A stretch of 64,000 nt of DNA, from positions 4,340,001 to 4,404,000 of the forward strand of contig OZ059896.1 of NCBI GenBank assembly GCA_964057225.1. The letters are read 5' to 3'. Source of the DNA: Auanema rhodensis (taxonomy: Eukaryota > Animalia > Nematoda). Within the stretch, counting starts at the first letter, position 1, and each line of letters starts with the position of its first letter. Shown here in pieces: positions 1 through 13,376 of the stretch. The notes under the pieces are model-generated. The model searched no databases and had not been told where the DNA came from. It was given only the letters and a program-made list of their open reading frames with translations. The position numbers and the translations under genes were made by a program.

Positions 1-2288
1 GTACATTTAATTAGCATAAATTAAAGTTCACGTAAATTTCAAAGTCATGGTTACCATGCACCAATATTAATAAAAATTTGTTTTTAGACTAATATGGACA
101 TGGGGAATCTAATTTTGAAAACCGCATCTCTTTATCTTTCACGTGAAGCGAGTTACATACCAAGAGCACATCACGTGTACATTTAATTAGCATAAATTAA
201 AGTTCACGTAAATTTCAAAGTCATGGTTACCATGAACCAATATCAATAAAAATTTGTTTTTAAACTAATATGGACATGGGGAATCTAATTTTGAAAACCG
301 CATCTCTTTATCTTTCACGTGAAGCGAGTTACATACCAAGTGCACATCACGTGTACATTTAATTAGCATAAATTAAAGTTCACGTAAATTTCAAAGTCAT
401 GGTTACCATGAACCAATATCAATAAAAATTTGTTTTTAAACTAATATGGACATGGGGAATCTAATTTTGAAAACCGCATCTCTTTATCTTTCACGTGAAG
501 CGAGTTACATACCTAGTGCACATCACGTGTACATTTAATTAGCATAAGTTGAAGTTCACGTAAATTTCAAAGTCATGGTTACCATGAACCAATATCAATA
601 AAAAGTTGTTTTTAGACTAATTTGGACATGGGGATTCTAATTTTGAAAACCGCATCTCTTTATCTTACACGTGAAGCGAGTTACATACCTAGTGCACATC
701 ACGTGTACATTTAATTAGCATAAGTTGAAGTTCACGTAAATTTCAAAGTCATGGTTACCATGAACCAATATCAATAAAAAGTTGTTTTTAGACTAATTTG
801 GACATGGGGATTCTAATTTTGAAAACCGCATCTCTTTATCTTACACGTGAAGCGAGTTACATACCTAGTGCACATCACGTGTACATTTAATTAGCATAAA
901 TTAAAGTTCACGTAAATTTCAAAGTCATGGTTACCATGCACCAATATTAATAAAAATTTGTTTTTAAACTAATATGGACATGGGGAATCTAATTTTGAAA
1001 ACCGCATCTCTTTATCTTTCAAGTGAAGCGAGTTACATACCTAGTGCACATCACGTGTACATTTAATTAGCATAAATTAAAGTTCACGTAAATTTCAAAG
1101 TCATGGTTACCATGAACCAATATCAATAAAAATTTGTTTTTAGACTAATTTGGACATGGGGATTCTAATTTTGAAAACCGCATCTCTTTATCTTTCACGT
1201 GAAGCGAGTTACATACCTAGTGCACATCACGTGTACATTTAATTAGCATAAATTAAAGTTCACGTAAATTTCAAAGTCATGGTTACCATGCACCAATATT
1301 AATAAAAATTTGTTTTTAGACTAATATGGACATGGGGAATCTAATTTTGAAAACCGCATCTCTTTATCTTTCACGTGAAGCGAGTTACATACCAAGAGCA
1401 CATCACGTGTACATTTAATTAGCATAAATTAAAGTTCACGTAAATTTCAAAGTCATGGTTACCATGAACCAATATCAATAAAAATTTGTTTTTAGACTAA
1501 TTTGGACATGGGGAATCTAATTTTGAAAACCGCATCTCTTTATCTTTCAAGTGAAGCGAGTTACATACCAAGTGCACATCACGTGTACATTTAATTAGCA
1601 TAAATTAAAGTTCACGTAAATTTCAAAGTCATGGTTACCATGAACCAATATCAATAAAAATTTGTTTTTAAACTAATATGGACATGGGGAATCTAATTTT
1701 GAAAACCGCATCTCTTTATCTTTCACGTGAAGCGAGTTACATACCTAGTGCACATCACGTGTACATTTAATTAGCATAAGTTGAAGTTCACGTAAATTTC
1801 AAAGTCATGGTTACCATGAACCAATATCAATAAAAAGTTGTTTTTAGACTAATTTGGACATGGGGATTCTAATTTTGAAAACCGCATCTCTTTATCTTAC
1901 ACGTGAAGCGAGTTACATACCTAGTGCACATCACGTGTACATTTAATTAGCATAAGTTGAAGTTCACGTAAATTTCAAAGTCATGGTTACCATGAACCAA
2001 TATCAATAAAAAGTTGTTTTTAGACTAATTTGGACATGGGGATTCTAATTTTGAAAACCGCATCTCTTTATCTTACACGTGAAGCGAGTTACATACCTAG
2101 TGCACATCACGTGTACATTTAATTAGCATAAATTAAAGTTCACGTAAATTTCAAAGTCATGGTTACCATGCACCAATATTAATAAAAATTTGTTTTTAAA
2201 CTAATATGGACATGGGGAATCTAATTTTGAAAACCGCATCTCTTTATCTTTCAAGTGAAGCGAGTTACATACCTAGTGCACATCACGT
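1..2288. repeat. 7-mer higher-order repeat (1232 bp) doublet, copy 1 (13 monomers)
   Basis: Monomer types run A-B-C-D-D-E-F-A-G-C-D-D-E. A carries T165A (caagagc at ~165 and ~1397). D carries aagttgaag, aaaagttg and cttacacg. Period is 1232 bp. Confidence 0.9.
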
Positions 2289-5200
2289 GTACATTTAATT
2301 AGCATAAATTAAAGTTCACGTAAATTTCAAAGTCATGGTTACCATGAACCAATATCAATAAAAATTTGTTTTTAGACTAATTTGGACATGGGGAATCTAA
2401 TTTTGAAAACCGCATCTCTTTATCTTTCAAGTGAAGCGAGTTACATACCAAGTGCACATCACGTGTACATTTAATTAGCATAAATCAAAGTTCACGTAAA
2501 TTTCAAAGTCATGGTTACCATGAACCAATATCAATAAAAATTTGTTTTTAGACTAATATGGACATGGGGAATCTAATTTTGAAAACCGCATCTTTTTATC
2601 TTTCACGTGAAGCGAGTTACATACCAAGTGCACATCACGTGTACACTAAATTAGCATAAATTAAAGTTCACGTTAATTTCAAAGTCATGGTTACCATGCA
2701 CCAATATCAATAAAAATTTGTTTTTAGACTAATATGGACATGGGGAATCTAATTTTGAAAACCGCATCTCTTTATCTTTCACGTGAAGCGAGTTACATAC
2801 CTAGTGCACATCACGTGTACATTTAATTAGCATAAATTAAAGTTCACGTAAATTTCAAAGTCATGGTTACCATGAACCAATATCAATAAAAATTTGTTTT
2901 TAGACTAATATGGACATGGGGAATCTAATTTTGAAAACCGCATCTCTTTATCTTTCACGTGAAGCGAGTTACATACCAAGTGCACATCACGTGTACATTT
3001 AATTAGCATAAATTAAAGTTCACGTAAAATTCAAAGTCATGGTTACCATGAACCAATATCAATAAAAATTTGTTTTTAGACTAATTTGGACATGGGGAAT
3101 CTAATTTTGAAAACCGCATCTCTTTATCTTTCAAGTGAAGCGAGTTACATACCAAGTGCACATCACGTGTACATTTAATTAGCATAAATTAAAGTTCACG
3201 TAAATTTCAAAGTCATGGTTACCATGAACCAATATCAATAAAAATTTGTTTTTAGACTAATATGGACATGGGGAATCTAATTTTGAAAACCGCATCTCTT
3301 TATCTTTCACGTGAAGCGAGTTACATACCTAGTGCACATCACGTGTACATTTAATTAGCATAAATTAAAGTTCACGTAAATTTCAAAGTCATGGTTACCA
3401 TGAACCAATATCAATAAAAATTTGTTTTTAGACTAATATGGACATGGGGAATCTAATTTTGAAAACCGCATCTCTTTATCTTTCACGTGAAGCGAGTTAC
3501 ATACCAAGTGCACATCACGTGTACATTTAATTAGCATAAATTAAAGTTCACGTAAATTTCAAAGTCATGGTTACCATGAACCAATATCAATAAAAATTTG
3601 TTTTTAGACTAATTTGGACATGGGGAATCTAATTTTGAAAACCGCATCTCTTTATCTTTCAAGTGAAGCGAGTTACATACCAAGTGCACATCACGTGTAC
3701 ATTTAATTAGCATAAATTAAAGTTCACGTAAATTTCAAAGTCATGGTTACCATGAACCAATATCAATAAAAATTTGTTTTTAGACTAATTTGGACATGGG
3801 GAATCTAATTTTGAAAACCGCATCTCTTTATCTTTCAAGTGAAGCGAGTTACATACCAAGTGCACATCACGTGTACATTTAATTAGCATAAATTAAAGTT
3901 CACGTAAATTTCAAAGTCATGGTTACCATGAACCAATATCAATAAAAATTTGTTTTTAGACTAATTTGGACATGGGGAATCTAATTTTGAAAACCGCATC
4001 TCTTTATCTTTCAAGTGAAGCGAGTTACATACCAAGTGCACATCACGTGTACATTTAATTAGCATAAATTAAAGTTCACGTAAATTTCAAAGTCATGGTT
4101 ACCATGAACCAATATCAATAAAAATTTGTTTTTAGACTAATATGGACATGGGGAATCTAATTTTGAAAACCGCATCTCTTTATCTTTCACGTGAAGCGAG
4201 TTACATACCAAGTGCACATCACGTGTACATTTAATTAGCATAAATTAAAGTTCACGTAAATTTCAAAGTCATGGTTACCATGAACCAATATCAATAAAAA
4301 TTTGTTTTTAGACTAATTTGGACATGGGGAATCTAATTTTGAAAACCGCATCTCTTTATCTTTCAAGTGAAGCGAGTTACATACCAAGTGCACATCACGT
4401 GTACATTCAATTAGCATAAATTAAAGTTCACGTAAATTTCAAATTCATGGTTACCATGAACCAATATCAATAAAAATTTGTTTTTAAACTAATATGGACA
4501 TGGGGAATCTAATTTTGAAAACCGCATCTCTTTATCTTTCACGTGAAGCGAGTTACATACCAAGTGCACATCACGTGTACATTCAATTAGCATAAATTAA
4601 AGTTCACGTAAATTTCAAATTCATGGTTACCATGAACCAATATCAATAAAAATTTGTTTTTAAACTAATATGGACATGGGGATTCTAATTTTGAAAACCG
4701 CATCTCTTTATCTTTCACGTGAAGCGAGTTACATACCTAGTGCACATCACGTGTACATTTAATTAGCATAAATTAAAGTTCACGTAAATTTCAAAGTCAT
4801 GGTTACCATGAACCAATATCGATAAAAATTTGTTTTTAGACTAATTTGGACATGGGGAATCTAATTTTGAAAACCGCATCTCTTTATCTTTCAAGTGAAG
4901 CGAGTTACATACCAAGTGCACATCACGTGTACATTTAATTAGCATAAATTAAAGTTCACGTAAATTTCAAAGTCATGGTTACCATGAACCAATATCAATA
5001 AAAATTTGTTTTTAGACTAATATGGACATGGGGAATCTAATTTTGAAAACCGCATCTCTTTATCTTTCACGTGAAGCGAGTTACATATAAAGTGCACATC
5101 AAGTGTACATTTAATTAGCATAAATTAAAGTTCACGTAAATTTCAAAGTCATGGTTACCATGCACCAATATTAATAAAAATTTGTTTTTAGACTAATATG

Positions 5201-6688
5201 GACATGGGGAATCTAATTTTGAAAACCGCATCTCTTTATCTTTCACGTGAAGCGAGTTACATACCAAGTGCACATCACGTGTACATTTAATTAGCATAAA
5301 TTAAAGTTCACGTAAATTTCAAAGTCATGGTTACCATGAACCAATATCAATAAAAATTTGTTTTTAGACTAATTTGGACATGGGGAATCTAATTTTGAAA
5401 ACCGCATCTCTTTATCTTTCAAGTGAAGCGAGTTACATACCAAGTGCACATCACGTGTACATTTAATTAGCATAAATTAAAGTTCACGTAAATTTCAAAG
5501 TCATGGTTACCATGAACCAATATCAATAAAAATTTGTTTTTAGACTAATTTGGACATGGGGAATCTAATTTTGAAAACCGCATCTCTTTATCTTTCAAGT
5601 GAAGCGAGTTACATACCAAGTGCACATCACGTGTACATTTAATTAGCATAAATTAAAGTTCACGTAAAATTCAAAGTCATGGTTACCATGAACCAATATC
5701 AATAAAAATTTGTTTTTAGACTAATTTGGACATGGGGAATCTAATTTTGAAAACCGCATCTCTTTATCTTTCAAGTGAAGCGAGTTACATACCAAGTGCA
5801 CATCACGTGTACATTTAATTAGCATAAATTAAAGTTCACGTAAATTTCAAAGTCATGGTTACCATGAACCAATATCAATAAAAATTTGTTTTTAAACTAA
5901 TATGGACATGGGGAATCTAATTTTGAAAACCGCATCTCTTTATCTTTCACGTGAAGCGAGTTACATACCTAGTGCACATCACGTGTACATTTAATTAGCA
6001 TAAATTAAAGTTCACGTAAATTTCAAAGTCATGGTTACCATGAACCAATATCAATAAAAATTTGTTTTTAGACTAATTTGGACATGGGGAATCTAATTTT
6101 GAAAACCGCATCTCTTTATCTTTCAAGTGAAGCGAGTTACATACCAAGTGCACATCACGTGTACATTCAATTAGCATAAATTAAAGTTCACGTAAATTTC
6201 AAATTCATGGTTACCATGAACCAATATCAATAAAAATTTGTTTTTAAACTAATATGGACATGGGGAATCTAATTTTGAAAACCGCATCTCTTTATCTTTC
6301 ACGTGAAGCGAGTTACATACCTAGTGCACATCACGTGTACATTTAATTAGCATAAATTAAAGTTCACGTAAATTTCAAATTCATGGTTACCATGAACCAA
6401 TATCAATAAAAATTTGTTTTTAAACTAATATGGACATGGGGATTCTAATTTTGAAAACCGCATCTCTTTATCTTTCACGTGAAGCGAGTTACATACCTAG
6501 TGCACATCACGTGTACATTTAATTAGCATAAATTAAAGTTCACGTAAATTTCAAAGTCATGGTTACCATGAACCAATATCAATAAAAATTTGTTTTTAGA
6601 CTAATTTGGACATGGGGAATCTAATTTTGAAAACCGCATCTCTTTATCTTTCAAGTGAAGCGAGTTACATACCAAGTGCACATCACGT

Positions 6689-9504
6689 GTACATTTAATT
6701 AGCATAAATTAAAGTTCACGTAAATTTCAAAGTCATGGTTACCATGAACCAATATCAATAAAAATTTGTTTTTAGACTAATATGGACATGGGGAATCTAA
6801 TTTTGAAAACCGCATCTCTTTATCTTTCACGTGAAGCGAGTTACATATAAAGTGCACATCAAGTGTACATTTAATTAGCATAAATTAAAGTTCACGTAAA
6901 TTTCAAAGTCATGGTTACCATGCACCAATATTAATAAAAATTTGTTTTTAGACTAATATGGACATGGGGAATCTAATTTTGAAAACCGCATCTCTTTATC
7001 TTTCACGTGAAGCGAGTTACATACCAAGAGCACATCACGTGTACATTTAATTAGCATAAATTAAAGTTCACGTAAATTTCAAAGTCATGGTTACCATGAA
7101 CCAATATCAATAAAAATTTGTTTTTAAACTAATATGGACATGGGGAATCTAATTTTGAAAACCGCATCTCTTTATCTTTCACGTGAAGCGAGTTACATAC
7201 CAAGTGCACATCACGTGTACATTTAATTAGCATAAATTAAAGTTCACGTAAATTTCAAAGTCATGGTTACCATGAACCAATATCAATAAAAATTTGTTTT
7301 TAAACTAATATGGACATGGGGAATCTAATTTTGAAAACCGCATCTCTTTATCTTTCACGTGAAGCGAGTTACATACCTAGTGCACATCACGTGTACATTT
7401 AATTAGCATAAGTTGAAGTTCACGTAAATTTCAAAGTCATGGTTACCATGAACCAATATCAATAAAAAGTTGTTTTTAGACTAATTTGGACATGGGGATT
7501 CTAATTTTGAAAACCGCATCTCTTTATCTTACACGTGAAGCGAGTTACATACCTAGTGCACATCACGTGTACATTTAATTAGCATAAGTTGAAGTTCACG
7601 TAAATTTCAAAGTCATGGTTACCATGAACCAATATCAATAAAAAGTTGTTTTTAGACTAATTTGGACATGGGGATTCTAATTTTGAAAACCGCATCTCTT
7701 TATCTTACACGTGAAGCGAGTTACATACCTAGTGCACATCACGTGTACATTTAATTAGCATAAATTAAAGTTCACGTAAATTTCAAAGTCATGGTTACCA
7801 TGCACCAATATTAATAAAAATTTGTTTTTAAACTAATATGGACATGGGGAATCTAATTTTGAAAACCGCATCTCTTTATCTTTCAAGTGAAGCGAGTTAC
7901 ATACCTAGTGCACATCACGTGTACATTTAATTAGCATAAATTAAAGTTCACGTAAATTTCAAAGTCATGGTTACCATGAACCAATATCAATAAAAATTTG
8001 TTTTTAGACTAATTTGGACATGGGGATTCTAATTTTGAAAACCGCATCTCTTTATCTTTCACGTGAAGCGAGTTACATACCTAGTGCACATCACGTGTAC
8101 ATTTAATTAGCATAAATTAAAGTTCACGTAAATTTCAAAGTCATGGTTACCATGCACCAATATTAATAAAAATTTGTTTTTAGACTAATATGGACATGGG
8201 GAATCTAATTTTGAAAACCGCATCTCTTTATCTTTCACGTGAAGCGAGTTACATACCAAGAGCACATCACGTGTACATTTAATTAGCATAAATTAAAGTT
8301 CACGTAAATTTCAAAGTCATGGTTACCATGAACCAATATCAATAAAAATTTGTTTTTAGACTAATTTGGACATGGGGAATCTAATTTTGAAAACCGCATC
8401 TCTTTATCTTTCAAGTGAAGCGAGTTACATACCAAGTGCACATCACGTGTACATTTAATTAGCATAAATTAAAGTTCACGTAAATTTCAAAGTCATGGTT
8501 ACCATGAACCAATATCAATAAAAATTTGTTTTTAAACTAATATGGACATGGGGAATCTAATTTTGAAAACCGCATCTCTTTATCTTTCACGTGAAGCGAG
8601 TTACATACCTAGTGCACATCACGTGTACATTTAATTAGCATAAGTTGAAGTTCACGTAAATTTCAAAGTCATGGTTACCATGAACCAATATCAATAAAAA
8701 GTTGTTTTTAGACTAATTTGGACATGGGGATTCTAATTTTGAAAACCGCATCTCTTTATCTTACACGTGAAGCGAGTTACATACCTAGTGCACATCACGT
8801 GTACATTTAATTAGCATAAGTTGAAGTTCACGTAAATTTCAAAGTCATGGTTACCATGAACCAATATCAATAAAAAGTTGTTTTTAGACTAATTTGGACA
8901 TGGGGATTCTAATTTTGAAAACCGCATCTCTTTATCTTACACGTGAAGCGAGTTACATACCTAGTGCACATCACGTGTACATTTAATTAGCATAAATTAA
9001 AGTTCACGTAAATTTCAAAGTCATGGTTACCATGCACCAATATTAATAAAAATTTGTTTTTAAACTAATATGGACATGGGGAATCTAATTTTGAAAACCG
9101 CATCTCTTTATCTTTCAAGTGAAGCGAGTTACATACCTAGTGCACATCACGTGTACATTTAATTAGCATAAATTAAAGTTCACGTAAATTTCAAAGTCAT
9201 GGTTACCATGAACCAATATCAATAAAAATTTGTTTTTAGACTAATTTGGACATGGGGATTCTAATTTTGAAAACCGCATCTCTTTATCTTTCACGTGAAG
9301 CGAGTTACATACCTAGTGCACATCACGTGTACATTTAATTAGCATAAATTAAAGTTCACGTAAATTTCAAAGTCATGGTTACCATGAACCAATATCAATA
9401 AAAAGTTGTTTTTAGACTAATTTGGACATGGGGATTCTAATTTTGAAAACCGCATCTCTTTATCTTACACGTGAAGCGAGTTACATACCTAGTGCACATC
9501 ACGT
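6689..9504. repeat. 16-monomer block containing the 7-mer HOR doublet, copy 2
   Basis: Order H-A-B-C-D-D-E-F-A-G-C-D-D-E-F-D'. The A monomer at 6865 corresponds to position 1 (offset 6864 = 39 monomers). Confidence 0.9.
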
Positions 9505-10560
9505 GTACATTTAATTAGCATAAATTAAAGTTCACGTAAATTTCAAAGTCATGGTTACCATGAACCAATATCAATAAAAATTTGTTTTTAGACTAATATG
9601 GACATGGGGAATCTAATTTTGAAAACCGCATCTCTTTATCTTTCACGTGAAGCGAGTTACATACCAAGTGCACATCACGTGTACATTTAATTAGCATAAA
9701 TTAAAGTTCACGTAAATTTCAAAGTCATGGTTACCATGAACCAATATCAATAAAAATTTGTTTTTAAACTAATATGGACATGGGGAATCTAATTTTGAAA
9801 ACCGCATCTCTTTATCTTTCAAGTGAAGCGAGTTACATACCAAGTGCACATCACGTGTACATTTAATTAGCATAAATTAAAGTTCACGTAAATTTCAAAG
9901 TCATGGTTACCATGAACCAATATCAATAAAAATTTGTTTTCAAACTAATATGGACATGGGGATTCTAATTTTGAAAACCGCATCTCTTTATCTTTCACGT
10001 GAAGCGAGTTACATACCTAGTGCACATCACGTGTACATTTAATTAGCATAAATTAAAGTTCACGTAAATTTCAAAGTCATGGTTACCATGAACCAATATC
10101 AATAAAAATTTGTTTTTAGACTAATTTGGACATGGGGAATCTAATTTTGAAAACCGCATCTCTTTATCTTTCAAGTGAAGCGAGTTACATACCAAGTGCA
10201 CATCACGTGTACATTTAATTAGCATAAATTAAAGTTCACGTAAATTTCAAAGTCATGGTTACCATGAACCAATATCAATAAAAATTTGTTTTTAAACTAA
10301 TATGGACATGGGGAATCTAATTTTGAAAACGGCATCTCTTTATCTTTCACGTGAAGCGAGTTACATACCTAGTGCACATCACGTGTACATTTAATTAGCA
10401 TAAGTTGAAGTTCACGTAAATTTCAAAGTCATGGTTACCATGAACCAATATCAATGAAAATTTGTTTTTAGACTAATATGGACATGGGGATTCTAATTTT
10501 GAAAACCGCATCTCTTTATCTTTCACGTGAAGCGAGTTACATACCAAGTGCACATCACGT

Positions 10561-13376
10561 GTACATTTAATTAGCATAAATTAAAGTTCACGTAAATTTC
10601 AAAGTCATGGTTACCATGAACCAATATCAATAAAAATTTGTTTTTAGACTAATATGGACATGGGGAATCTAATTTTGAAAACCGCATCTCTTTATCTTTC
10701 ACGTGAAGCGAGTTACATATAAAGTGCACATCAAGTGTACATTTAATTAGCATAAATTAAAGTTCACGTAAATTTCAAAGTCATGGTTACCATGCACCAA
10801 TATTAATAAAAATTTGTTTTTAGACTAATATGGACATGGGGAATCTAATTTTGAAAACCGCATCTCTTTATCTTTCACGTGAAGCGAGTTACATACCAAG
10901 AGCACATCACGTGTACATTTAATTAGCATAAATTAAAGTTCACGTAAATTTCAAAGTCATGGTTACCATGAACCAATATCAATAAAAATTTGTTTTTAAA
11001 CTAATATGGACATGGGGAATCTAATTTTGAAAACCGCATCTCTTTATCTTTCACGTGAAGCGAGTTACATACCAAGTGCACATCACGTGTACATTTAATT
11101 AGCATAAATTAAAGTTCACGTAAATTTCAAAGTCATGGTTACCATGAACCAATATCAATAAAAATTTGTTTTTAAACTAATATGGACATGGGGAATCTAA
11201 TTTTGAAAACCGCATCTCTTTATCTTTCACGTGAAGCGAGTTACATACCTAGTGCACATCACGTGTACATTTAATTAGCATAAGTTGAAGTTCACGTAAA
11301 TTTCAAAGTCATGGTTACCATGAACCAATATCAATAAAAAGTTGTTTTTAGACTAATTTGGACATGGGGATTCTAATTTTGAAAACCGCATCTCTTTATC
11401 TTACACGTGAAGCGAGTTACATACCTAGTGCACATCACGTGTACATTTAATTAGCATAAGTTGAAGTTCACGTAAATTTCAAAGTCATGGTTACCATGAA
11501 CCAATATCAATAAAAAGTTGTTTTTAGACTAATTTGGACATGGGGATTCTAATTTTGAAAACCGCATCTCTTTATCTTACACGTGAAGCGAGTTACATAC
11601 CTAGTGCACATCACGTGTACATTTAATTAGCATAAATTAAAGTTCACGTAAATTTCAAAGTCATGGTTACCATGCACCAATATTAATAAAAATTTGTTTT
11701 TAAACTAATATGGACATGGGGAATCTAATTTTGAAAACCGCATCTCTTTATCTTTCAAGTGAAGCGAGTTACATACCTAGTGCACATCACGTGTACATTT
11801 AATTAGCATAAATTAAAGTTCACGTAAATTTCAAAGTCATGGTTACCATGAACCAATATCAATAAAAATTTGTTTTTAGACTAATTTGGACATGGGGATT
11901 CTAATTTTGAAAACCGCATCTCTTTATCTTTCACGTGAAGCGAGTTACATACCTAGTGCACATCACGTGTACATTTAATTAGCATAAATTAAAGTTCACG
12001 TAAATTTCAAAGTCATGGTTACCATGCACCAATATTAATAAAAATTTGTTTTTAGACTAATATGGACATGGGGAATCTAATTTTGAAAACCGCATCTCTT
12101 TATCTTTCACGTGAAGCGAGTTACATACCAAGAGCACATCACGTGTACATTTAATTAGCATAAATTAAAGTTCACGTAAATTTCAAAGTCATGGTTACCA
12201 TGAACCAATATCAATAAAAATTTGTTTTTAGACTAATTTGGACATGGGGAATCTAATTTTGAAAACCGCATCTCTTTATCTTTCAAGTGAAGCGAGTTAC
12301 ATACCAAGTGCACATCACGTGTACATTTAATTAGCATAAATTAAAGTTCACGTAAATTTCAAAGTCATGGTTACCATGAACCAATATCAATAAAAATTTG
12401 TTTTTAAACTAATATGGACATGGGGAATCTAATTTTGAAAACCGCATCTCTTTATCTTTCACGTGAAGCGAGTTACATACCTAGTGCACATCACGTGTAC
12501 ATTTAATTAGCATAAGTTGAAGTTCACGTAAATTTCAAAGTCATGGTTACCATGAACCAATATCAATAAAAAGTTGTTTTTAGACTAATTTGGACATGGG
12601 GATTCTAATTTTGAAAACCGCATCTCTTTATCTTACACGTGAAGCGAGTTACATACCTAGTGCACATCACGTGTACATTTAATTAGCATAAGTTGAAGTT
12701 CACGTAAATTTCAAAGTCATGGTTACCATGAACCAATATCAATAAAAAGTTGTTTTTAGACTAATTTGGACATGGGGATTCTAATTTTGAAAACCGCATC
12801 TCTTTATCTTACACGTGAAGCGAGTTACATACCTAGTGCACATCACGTGTACATTTAATTAGCATAAATTAAAGTTCACGTAAATTTCAAAGTCATGGTT
12901 ACCATGCACCAATATTAATAAAAATTTGTTTTTAAACTAATATGGACATGGGGAATCTAATTTTGAAAACCGCATCTCTTTATCTTTCAAGTGAAGCGAG
13001 TTACATACCTAGTGCACATCACGTGTACATTTAATTAGCATAAATTAAAGTTCACGTAAATTTCAAAGTCATGGTTACCATGAACCAATATCAATAAAAA
13101 TTTGTTTTTAGACTAATTTGGACATGGGGATTCTAATTTTGAAAACCGCATCTCTTTATCTTTCACGTGAAGCGAGTTACATACCTAGTGCACATCACGT
13201 GTACATTTAATTAGCATAAATTAAAGTTCACGTAAATTTCAAAGTCATGGTTACCATGAACCAATATCAATAAAAAGTTGTTTTTAGACTAATTTGGACA
13301 TGGGGATTCTAATTTTGAAAACCGCATCTCTTTATCTTACACGTGAAGCGAGTTACATACCTAGTGCACATCACGT
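10561..13376. repeat. 16-monomer block containing the 7-mer HOR doublet, copy 3
   Basis: Same variant order as 6689-9504 at offset 3872 (22 monomers). No differences seen by eye. Confidence 0.9.

Noticed and set aside
68-76. AATAAA polyadenylation signal or TATA-like promoter elements
   Set aside because: These are expected by chance in 68% AT sequence, and there is no gene context.
120-155. CENP-B box
   Set aside because: No TTCG-N4-A-N2-CGGG match was found on either strand in the consensus.
1-176. Tandem 5S rRNA, tRNA, snRNA or spliced-leader gene array
   Set aside because: I recognise no 5S, tRNA cloverleaf, Pol III A/B-box or snRNA sequence, and the unit is very AT-rich. An Rfam/Infernal search would be the formal test.
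170-270. Yeast-type point centromere (CDEI followed by AT-rich DNA)
   Set aside because: ATCACGTG matches CDEI, but the following DNA is far less AT-rich than CDEII and no CDEIII (CCGAA core) is recognisable. Point centromeres are also not tandemly arrayed.
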